Shown here piece after piece: positions 51,415 through 59,269 of a stretch of 64,000 nt of DNA. The DNA comes from a candidate division WOR-3 bacterium. GTDB taxonomy: Bacteria > Hydrothermota > Tepidihabitantia > B3-TA06. The position numbers were made by a program, and so were the translations under genes. The stretch spans positions 204,688 through 268,687 of the forward strand of contig CBFGKC010000001.1 in the NCBI GenBank assembly GCA_965649265.1, written 5' to 3'. How positions within the stretch are numbered: the stretch's first letter is position 1; each line of letters starts with the position of its first letter. The notes beneath the pieces are model-generated. The model was not told the DNA's origin. It was given only the letters and a program-made list of their open reading frames with translations, and ran no database searches.

Positions 51415-51720
51415 ATGCTGGTTCAGTTCACCATGTTTCCCGCGGACAAGGGCGAGTCAGTGTCCCCCTACGTCGCGCGCGTCCTGGAACTCGTCGACTC
51501 CTCAGGCCTTGCATACAAGTTCGGACCCATGTCCACCGTTGTAGAGGGCGAATGGGACGAGGTCTTCTCACTCCTGAAACGCTGCCGCGACGAGCTTCGT
51601 AAGGACTCCAACCGCGTCTACATCGTCATTAGTGTCGACGACCGCAAGGACGCAACCGGTCGCCTGGAAGGCAAGGTGCGCTCGGTCGAAGAAAAGCTCG
51701 GCAAGAAGGTATCCGGGTAG
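51415..51720 (+). CDS. MTH1187/YkoF-like thiamine-binding family protein
   Basis: SVSPYVA, GL.Y..GPM.T.VEGEWDE, D.R...RL.GKV.SVE. Confidence 0.85.
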   Translation: MLVQFTMFPADKGESVSPYVARVLELVDSSGLAYKFGPMSTVVEGEWDEVFSLLKRCRDELRKDSNRVYIVISVDDRKDATGRLEGKVRSVEEKLGKKVSG

Positions 51721-51765
51721 GGAATACATCCCGGGCCCCCGCTGTACTGACAATAAGGAGGTTTT

Positions 51766-52887
51766 TTGAAACGTTTCGTGCCTTTAGCAGTCGCGTTGGT
51801 CGCCGTATTTCTTTTCGGGTGCGGAAAGGTCGAAAATATCACGAAGGAAGAGTATTTGTTTGTCAAAAAAAAGATAGCAGACAGCTACGACTTCTTAAGC
51901 CTCGCGGGTTTATCCATCCAAGGAGGAATAACATATGAATCCCACAGAGGTTTTCATTTAAGCATACCAATCACGAGAGGTTACGGCAGGACTCTTGCTC
52001 GTGCCGCCCTGAATCATAAGCGGGCGTGTATCGAGGCCTTGTTTGCCGCAAAAAGGGCGTGTTTTCTTAACAAAAACAAGATAGACTTCCGATCCTTCAA
52101 CCTCGCCCACGAGCGATACGGCAGGCTCGGAATGACCTACACTAAAGAGCTTCGTGAGCTTGACTCCGTTCTCACCTTGCTTGAGCCTCAGGTCAGGAAG
52201 TTTTTTTTGAAAAGGGTATCCCGCTCGATTTCCGTGATTATGACTACGCGAAACATCTTTATCCTGAAAAAGCTGTCCCATACCGATTGGATTCAAAAAT
52301 CCTCGAACGCGCTTCATGGCTTGCATACGATCTGGGTATCTGCGATGAGCCGTTGCTCATCGAGGTCGAAGAAAATGGTAGGCTTCTTGTCGACGGCAGC
52401 CCCGATTCAATAAAAAAACGCATCCATTCGGCGTCAGACGGAGATATTTACCACCTGGTTCATGTTATCCCTGAGTCAGGTGTTAGCTGCGGAAAGCTGC
52501 TCGGGATTATCGATTCAATAAGGGAATTCGGTACTCAGCGGGTGTGTTTGTCGAACAACCTGTCAACGCCAATATGGCTGGAGCCGCCCCATGGTGATCC
52601 CGTGGGAGGATGGAATCAAGAATTTTTCGGGGCCCGTAATTCTTTTAGAAAAGGGCGATTCAGTCAGAATCAGGAATGAATCAACGTCCTTAAATCTCGG
52701 GCAGTTGATGGACAGGTTAAGCGTCGTCCTGAAAGAGAGAGACCAAAAGCGGGTGATACTCCTTGTGGATGACGAGGCTTCGTGCGGATTCCTTATCGAA
52801 ACGGCAAAGGCACTGCGCAAGGCAGACATCGAGGTCATACTCTTTTTCTCGGGCAAGCACCCATATTATCCCTACATGTTACACTAG
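51766..52887 (+). pseudogene. Frameshifted lipoprotein with two ExbD/TolR-like C-terminal segments
   Basis: Lipobox FLFGC; three overlapping same-strand ORFs; T8 run at 52201-52208 at the first junction. Confidence 0.55.
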
Positions 52888-52957
52888 AAACAGAACTGTC
52901 CATAACTTCACCATTCTCGAGCATTGACACAAGCGTATTGGTGAATAAAGTTACCGC

Positions 52958-54253
52958 ATGCTATGGAGTGCGGACCCCTGGTTTACGGCTACTTTCAGGG
53001 AAGCGCAGGAGGCTAAGCTGAGGGGGGACGCGAAGCGCGCGGAGAAGCTCTGCCGTTCGCTTTATGAGAAGGCGCTCGAAGCTGGGGAGCCGGAGACCGT
53101 AAAAAAGGCGCGCTGCGAATGGATATCCTTCCTTGGCTACGCTTGCCGCTACGAGGAGGCCAAGCTCGAGGCGGAGCGTTTCCTCGAGGAGCTCAAGGAC
53201 CCGCGAGATCGCCTTATGCGCATAGAGGTGGAATACTTCCTTGCCAATTTTCTCTACTACCTTAACGAGTATGACTACACCATCGAACTTGCCCAGACGC
53301 TGCTTTCGACTTTCGAAGAGGAGGAGAACCCGTCGCTGCGCGCAAGGGTATACAACATGCTGGCGCTCGCCGAGCGCCACATCGGTCTCTATGAACAAGC
53401 CATAGAGCACTTCCACGAGGCGGTTCTCATTTTGCGAATGCACGACCTTTCCGATGACGGCGGCTACGACGGCAACCTTGCGCTTTTGTATGAGGACAGG
53501 GGCAGGTACAGGGACGCTCTCGAATCGTACCAGCTGTGCCTTGCCAAGGCAAATGCCGCCCGCAGCGAGGAGATGATTACCTTTGCCGTCATGGGCATAG
53601 GCATGGTCTATCACATGCTTGGCCGCTTTACCGAAGCGTCGACTTTCCTGAACGAGGCAATGGTCAAGGCCGAAAGGATGGGAAACCTGATTCTTACCCA
53701 GAACATTCATGTGGCACTCGCCGAGTTCGTGCTCGAGAAAGGTGATCTTGTCACCGCCTTCGACCACGCCACGGCGGCGCTGCTCATGGCACAGGAGGCC
53801 GACATCCCCGAGCTCGAAGCCGACGCGCGCGTCGTCTACGGCCATACACTCCTCAAACGCAACAATCGGGGCGATACCGAGGAAGCGCTTGCCCAGGCCA
53901 GGAATGCCGCAAAGGCTTATACCCAGCTGGGTTTGGGATTCGGAGTATCTGAAGCACTGAATCTCGAAGCCGAGGCGCTTCTTGCGCTCGGTTCATGCGA
54001 GGAGGCCGTAAAGAAGGCCCTGGAGGCTGTCGAGGTCGGCGAAGAGTATGGCGAGGATCTAGAGCGGATATACACTACCGCAGCGCGCGCGCTTGCAAGT
54101 CGCGGTAATGATGCAGAGGCGCGCGAGTTGGAGGCGAAGGCCAGGGAGGCGGTTCTGGGAAAGGCTGAACTCCTCGATCCCGAGAATAGAAAGGTATTTC
54201 TTTCAAGACCCGCGAACAGGGCAATCCTTCTTCCCCGGGAAATTACGGAGTAA
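52958..54253 (+). CDS. Tetratricopeptide repeat protein (MalT-like TPR)
   Basis: Repeated N.LA....G.Y..A...F/Y..A helices. Confidence 0.8.
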   Translation: MLWSADPWFTATFREAQEAKLRGDAKRAEKLCRSLYEKALEAGEPETVKKARCEWISFLGYACRYEEAKLEAERFLEELKDPRDRLMRIEVEYFLANFLYYLNEYDYTIELAQTLLSTFEEEENPSLRARVYNMLALAERHIGLYEQAIEHFHEAVLILRMHDLSDDGGYDGNLALLYEDRGRYRDALESYQLCLAKANAARSEEMITFAVMGIGMVYHMLGRFTEASTFLNEAMVKAERMGNLILTQNIHVALAEFVLEKGDLVTAFDHATAALLMAQEADIPELEADARVVYGHTLLKRNNRGDTEEALAQARNAAKAYTQLGLGFGVSEALNLEAEALLALGSCEEAVKKALEAVEVGEEYGEDLERIYTTAARALASRGNDAEARELEAKAREAVLGKAELLDPENRKVFLSRPANRAILLPREITE

Positions 54254-54600
54254 TTTCTCGGGGACCCCTCCTTAAGCCCCACAAAAATACTTCGTATTCT
54301 CGCGGGGCCCCCGCGACTTTCAAAGAAAATCATCAGAAGTTTGGTCTTCCTTAACTCCTTGTTCGACGCCAAACTTCGCTGCATCCCAGACGTCTTCGAG
54401 TGTTATCGGACATAAACCTATATTTAAATCTCACCAGACTGCTCCACATCGCAGCGGGGACCCCAGACCTTTATCCCAAGAATTTGCGCTCGTTCTCCTA
54501 ACTCGGCGCATCTTCTTGTGACCACCCCACGCTGCTGCTTCGTACCACCGCGGAGACCCCACCTGCACCCAACAAGGATACTCCGGCATCCTTTTGGGGT
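54233..54600. repeat. Cluster of CCCC...GGGG REP-like hairpins
   Basis: Hairpins at 54233-54263, 54277-54307 and 54568-54599; GGGGACCCC junctions. Confidence 0.7.
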
Positions 54601-54629
54601 AAAAATAGAGCCGGGCAAACCCGGCTCTC
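54601..54629 (-). terminator. Intrinsic terminator of the RHH-SecB-like gene
   Basis: AGAGCCGGG-TTTG-CCCGGCTCT-ATTTTT on the minus strand. Confidence 0.7.
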
Positions 54630-54648
54630 ATCTAAGTAAAAAATTCCT

Positions 54649-55257
54649 TTAGCTGAACTTTACGCGAAGATCAAGATTCGAGATAAGTCTTTCAAGAAGC
54701 TCCCTGAAAAGCCTGTTCGGGAAGTTGGAAAGGCGAGTCTTTTCCAGGCTGCGGGATATCTCCTTCGACAGGGGGCGAATAGCCTGGTAGGTCTCGTGAA
54801 AGACCGCCGAGAAACGAATCTCCTCGTTATTGGATTTGTCGCGTATGGTGGCTACATAAATAGACTTGGCTGTAAGTTCCCTCTCATCCGAGTCGAGAAT
54901 TTCCTGATTCTCATCCACCGTAATGCCGAGTTCGCCCTCGAGATGAAGCTTTCCGGCAGGCTTTTCCATCTTTGCCTCAAACATGTTCAGGTCAATAAGG
55001 CGCAGCTTGGCCTTGGGCGAATCGTGAAGCAGATCGGATTCGATTGCGGAATCCAGATCGTCAACAATGGTATCCTTCATGCTCTTGAGAAAGCGCTCGA
55101 ACTCCCTGGTGCTCGCGCCGCGGGCAAGAAGGTAAAGAATGTATTGGTTAAGACTTATGCGGTCCGTAAGCGACTGCTCCGCAAGGGTGCGGTGCAGGGA
55201 TACAGGAATCCGCACAAGAAAACGACCGCTAAAGTCTTTTATAAGTTTTCTTCTCAT
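54649..55257 (-). CDS. HicB-type RHH DNA-binding domain fused to a putative SecB-like domain
   Basis: N-terminal FSGRFLVRIP.SLH..LA......ISLNQYI.YLL; C-terminal beta-rich region ending P.RLFRELLERLISNL. Confidence 0.65.
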   Translation of the reverse strand: MRRKLIKDFSGRFLVRIPVSLHRTLAEQSLTDRISLNQYILYLLARGASTREFERFLKSMKDTIVDDLDSAIESDLLHDSPKAKLRLIDLNMFEAKMEKPAGKLHLEGELGITVDENQEILDSDERELTAKSIYVATIRDKSNNEEIRFSAVFHETYQAIRPLSKEISRSLEKTRLSNFPNRLFRELLERLISNLDLRVKFS

Positions 55258-55343
55258 GGTCTCTCCTTAGTTAATGTCAAAATGATACTGAGGATGACAC
55301 TTTTGTCAAGAGCAGAAAATGTCATTAAAGCTACTATGGACTA

Positions 55344-56033
55344 TTATTTCCCTTCTAAATCCACCTGATTTTCTTCGTCAAGATTCCCCTTCACTCGCTC
55401 GGTCTTTTTCCCCAAGTTAATTCCAGCCGTAAGATAGGGGCCGTAAATGCCGGTCGGATCCAGTGTGAAGAGGGGTGAGGGGTATACCGGGAAAAGGTAC
55501 CCTCCGGTTACGAAAATTCCGAGAAACCTATCCTCTTTAAACGGAATATTCCCTTGCAAGGTCAGGGAAGCACCGGCGTTCGCCTGCCACAATGTCGACC
55601 TATAGATGTTAAGGGTGGTATCATTGATTGCATCGTTCAACTCGATCAAGGCAAACGAGCCGCCGAACTCTATCGCCGGCTTTATAAAAAGCCATTTGAA
55701 GGGTTCGAAACATAATCCTATTTCAAGATTTCCAATTCCGTAGCCAATGGAAGCATTGTAAAATTGACCGAAACTATTGTGTTTTATGAACCCGCCGCCC
55801 CAGGCGCCGATAGATAGAATGCCGAACCTTCCCCAACCCTGGCCGGTAGGTGTAAGAAATAGTGCGGAGGATATTGGCATATACAGATTGTCTGACGTAT
55901 CACCATTTATATTATCAAGCTGCGCATCAAGAGTAACCAAGATACCGGTTGCCGATACCCCGCCCCAGTTTTCAATCTTTAATCCCCAGGCAACCGTCAC
56001 CAAAACTAAACTTGCAAATATCGCTTTCTTCAC
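55344..56033 (-). CDS. Hypothetical exported beta-barrel-like protein
   Basis: Signal peptide; Gly/aromatic-rich alternating strands. Confidence 0.6.
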   Translation of the reverse strand: MKKAIFASLVLVTVAWGLKIENWGGVSATGILVTLDAQLDNINGDTSDNLYMPISSALFLTPTGQGWGRFGILSIGAWGGGFIKHNSFGQFYNASIGYGIGNLEIGLCFEPFKWLFIKPAIEFGGSFALIELNDAINDTTLNIYRSTLWQANAGASLTLQGNIPFKEDRFLGIFVTGGYLFPVYPSPLFTLDPTGIYGPYLTAGINLGKKTERVKGNLDEENQVDLEGK

Positions 56034-56221
56034 ACATTCTCCTTGACGTCAGTCCTTATCCAGATACCGAAGCATATTCCCCAAAACCGGCCTGTCAAGT
56101 GTATTGATTTTATACATAATAGCACAAAGAGATAACCGCCGGTTGTACAAAAGGGTAACTTACATTCACAGCCATTTTTCTTAAGTGTCAAACAAGCGCG
56201 GCATATGTTTGACAAAACACT

Positions 56222-56237
56222 TGGCACAGCGCTTGCT
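56222..56237 (+). promoter_or_regulatory. sigma54 -24/-12 promoter
   Basis: TGGCACAGCGCTTGCT matches TGGCAC-N5-TTGCW exactly. Confidence 0.8.
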
Positions 56238-56247
56238 TATAATAAAA

Positions 56248-56330
56248 GTGACACGCTAGAGCCACCAAACCTCCTTTGGTTTTGGATGTTTGACAATGGG
56301 GGCCGCGACCGCGGCCCCTTCCATTTTTTT
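56248..56330 (+). ncRNA. Candidate sigma54-dependent small RNA with anti-SD loop
   Basis: Lies between the sigma54 promoter and an intrinsic terminator; hairpin ACCAAA-CCTCC-TTTGGT; no SD-led ORF on this strand. Confidence 0.6.
56295..56330 (+). terminator. Intrinsic terminator
   Basis: GGGGCCGC-GACC-GCGGCCCC followed by TTCCATTTTTTT. Confidence 0.8.
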
Positions 56331-56584
56331 AGCCCCAAGAAATTACTCCGTAATGCTCCGAAATCGTCGTCGTTGCACGTCCTTGGGGACCCCAGCGTCC
56401 CTCGGACACAATGGTCCTCGGAACGCTTTTCTTTTGTCTCAAGTTAGTACCGAGTGTTTTCTTAGGAAATCCTTAATGTTCTTTCGACACCAAAGTCTTC
56501 TGGACGCCTTTTCAGCACCACAAAATTCATCACATTTTTTGCGGGGTCCCCAAAAGAGTGCCTCCGGCAGTCTTTTGGGGTCTA

Positions 56585-58120
56585 TTATTGTATCTCTTCG
56601 AGCTTTTTGCGGGCAAGCGTGCCGGTCTCGCCGCGCGGGTCGAGTGTGCAAGCTTCTCTAAAACACGTGCGGGCGCGATATAAATCAGCCTTCCCTTCGC
56701 CGTTGGTGGAGCACTTCGAGCGTTCAAGATACGCAAGCCCGACGTTAAAGCGCACGTCGGCCAACCCTTCGAACCTGAATCCTTGAATCTTGACGAGTTC
56801 GAGCGCGCGTTCGTAGTGCGTTATGGTGTTGTCCCACTCGCCTTTTGCCAGAGCGACATACGCGAGATCGAGCCTAGCCTGTGTCTCCGTAGCCATATCC
56901 GGGTAGTACTCGAGCGCACGGTGCAGGAAGTTCGAGGCTTCGGGGAGGTTTCGCTCGGCTATGTAACGTTCTCCAATTTCGAGAGATATGCGCGGGAGCG
57001 CCAGCGGGTTGTATCCCGAAAGATTAAGCCGCTCCAGTGCGGGTGCGATGCTCGAGGCCTCGAAAACGGTTCTTGAATGTTCAAGAAGCGCATACACCAT
57101 ACCGGAGTAGGCAAGCGTACGCAGCGTGTCGCCCGGCGGAATCGTGCGCAATAGATTCGCAAACGTTTCGGCGGATAGGTCGTAGCGTTCCTTGAGGCCT
57201 AGTGCGGATGCAAGAAGTATGCGCGCCTCGAGTATGCGGTGAGTATCCGAAGTCACGGCTAAAAGGGAGTTAAGGATGATTGTTGCTGAATCGGGCATCC
57301 AGCGCCGGACCATGATAGCCGCGTAGCGCACTGACGCCTCATCCCAGAAACGCGAGTCGCGATGCTCCCTGTGGAGTGTCTCCCACGCATCGAGCGCGGT
57401 CCAGTTGTCGCCCCTGGCGTTTGCCGCAGTGCCGGACCAGTAAAGCGAATATGGTGTAAGCCGCTCAAGATACGGCATGTACATATCCTGTCCCTGGTAT
57501 TCCTGGGTGATGAGGCTGAAATAACCTGTTGCCGTGTCGAGGGACTCGCGCGTGGACTTTGCTACGTAGGTCAGACCAAGCCCCTGGACTGCAAGCATTA
57601 TGGCCAGGGGGTCCGAGAAGCGCTCTAGCGAACGCTCGAAGCGCGAACGCGCGTATACGAGCGAATCCATGTTCTGCATCGTTCTCAAGAGTTCGTAGAA
57701 CTTGAGGACTTCCGCGGTTTCCTTGAGATAACTGTCTTCGGGGATACGGTCAAGATTCGTCTCGGCCCAGTCTCTGCGGCCAAGCCGCGAGTAGGCCTCG
57801 GCGGCCACAAGAAGCTGCTCCTCGTCCCACTTCACGCCTGTCTCCTTCTCCACATAAAAGAGCACGAGCAAAGCCTTTGCCGGATTTTCCTTGCGGTTGT
57901 AGAGGGCCGATAGCACGGTCGCGGCCTTGAGGCGCTCGTCCGCAGGACGCAAGGAATCCTCGACCATCTTCACGAGGCCGCGCTCGGGATCGCCCCGCTC
58001 GAGAAGCGAGTCCAGGAGCACCTCCACACGCGCCGGCTCCACCGACGGCCGCATAATGCCTGCGTCCCAGAACCCGAAAATTGCAGTGGATATCAAGAAT
58101 AAAATTACCGTGTACCTCAT
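56585..58120 (-). CDS. Exported TPR protein
   Basis: Signal peptide MRYTVILFLISTAIFG; TPR-like helices throughout. Confidence 0.75.
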   Translation of the reverse strand: MRYTVILFLISTAIFGFWDAGIMRPSVEPARVEVLLDSLLERGDPERGLVKMVEDSLRPADERLKAATVLSALYNRKENPAKALLVLFYVEKETGVKWDEEQLLVAAEAYSRLGRRDWAETNLDRIPEDSYLKETAEVLKFYELLRTMQNMDSLVYARSRFERSLERFSDPLAIMLAVQGLGLTYVAKSTRESLDTATGYFSLITQEYQGQDMYMPYLERLTPYSLYWSGTAANARGDNWTALDAWETLHREHRDSRFWDEASVRYAAIMVRRWMPDSATIILNSLLAVTSDTHRILEARILLASALGLKERYDLSAETFANLLRTIPPGDTLRTLAYSGMVYALLEHSRTVFEASSIAPALERLNLSGYNPLALPRISLEIGERYIAERNLPEASNFLHRALEYYPDMATETQARLDLAYVALAKGEWDNTITHYERALELVKIQGFRFEGLADVRFNVGLAYLERSKCSTNGEGKADLYRARTCFREACTLDPRGETGTLARKKLEEIQ

Positions 58121-58424
58121 AATTGACCTCGGCGGATAATTTAATCGGAAAATGGCGCTTGTCAATCGGTAAAAAGCTGGGAAGGGTAAGGAATTTTCTG
58201 TAAGAAAACACCACGTGATAGATCTCCCACCCCTTAACGAAAAGGTACTAACTCCTTATCGGGGTTCCCAACCGAATGCGACACTGAGTGACGACGCTTG
58301 CGGAGTAACCTAACGACAGGGCATACAATGGTTGACGAAAAGCGTATGGTCAGGTTTCTATGGCACGCGTCAGGTTGATGCGTAAAATGCGGGTGTGAGT
58401 GAGATGTAAAAATGGAGGTTCTTC

Positions 58425-58688
58425 ATGATTATTGAAAACGTCGCCAAGGCGTATGAGGCGATATCGCTTGCACTTAAGCGCTGCGACCGCGACCGGCTCG
58501 AAAACGGTTTACGCGACGCGCTGGAATCGGCGCGCGAGGACTTGCTCAAGGCGCTCGAGGAACTCAAGTCGGTGCAGGGTGACGACAAGAAGTTCTACGA
58601 CGCGATTCTCAAGTACGCGCTCTCGAAGAAGGCCGAGCTGGGCGACAACATCACGGACATTCTGCGCTTCCTGGGCCAGGGAAAATGA
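58425..58688 (+). CDS. Small helical hypothetical protein (first gene of the terminase module)
   Basis: GGAGGT SD; closely coupled to the next ORF. Confidence 0.65.
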   Translation: MIIENVAKAYEAISLALKRCDRDRLENGLRDALESAREDLLKALEELKSVQGDDKKFYDAILKYALSKKAELGDNITDILRFLGQGK

Positions 58689-58689
58689 A

Positions 58690-58926
58690 ATGGACGCCCT
58701 TGCGCTCATAAGGGACGTGGGCGTTCCCGTGGGGCTGCTCGCGTTCGCGTCCATCGCGCTCTGGCGCGCGTGGTCGCTCGAACGCCGCCTGCGCGAGGCT
58801 GATCTCAAGGGGCGTCTGGAAAAGCTTGCCGAACGCGAGGATGAACTCTACGCCCTGTACCGCGCGCTCGCACTGCGCGAACTCGAGGCGCTTGCCGAGA
58901 AAAAAGTCGAGGATCACGATGGGTAA
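58690..58926 (+). CDS. Single-TM plus coiled-coil small protein (holin-like architecture)
   Basis: MDALALIRDVGVPVGLLAFASIALW TM followed by a charged coiled coil. Confidence 0.55.
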   Translation: MDALALIRDVGVPVGLLAFASIALWRAWSLERRLREADLKGRLEKLAEREDELYALYRALALRELEALAEKKVEDHDG

Positions 58927-59269
58927 AAAGAAGACTCTTGAACCCCCTTTTGACATCGTAGCCTTCAGGCGCAAGGCCATTGCCCAGCTCGAGGAATCCC
59001 GCAATCAGTATCTCGAGACGGTCAAAAAGGCCGCCGGAGAAGACGATATCGCGGCACTCGAAAAAGTGGCACGCCTTCTGCCCGGACTCCTTAAGACCGA
59101 GGAGAAGTTCATTGAAGAGGCGGTAAAGAGCGAACGCAGGCAAAACCTCGAGATTTTCCTCGAACCGCTTTTCCGCGTGCTCCGGGGCGTGTTCGGCCAG
59201 GAGTTCGACGCGAAACGAGAAGAGATTTTAACTTCGCTCGAGGCCGAGCTCGATTCTGATGTCTACTGA
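58919..59269 (+). CDS. Helical protein, positional small-terminase candidate
   Basis: ATG after GAGG; overlaps both neighbours; immediately upstream of TerL. Confidence 0.5.
   Translation: MGKKKTLEPPFDIVAFRRKAIAQLEESRNQYLETVKKAAGEDDIAALEKVARLLPGLLKTEEKFIEEAVKSERRQNLEIFLEPLFRVLRGVFGQEFDAKREEILTSLEAELDSDVY

Noticed and set aside
58360-58376. TGGCACG upstream of the terminase module as a sigma54 promoter
   Set aside because: The -24 element is good, but there is no GC at -12 (TGGCACGCGTCAGGT).
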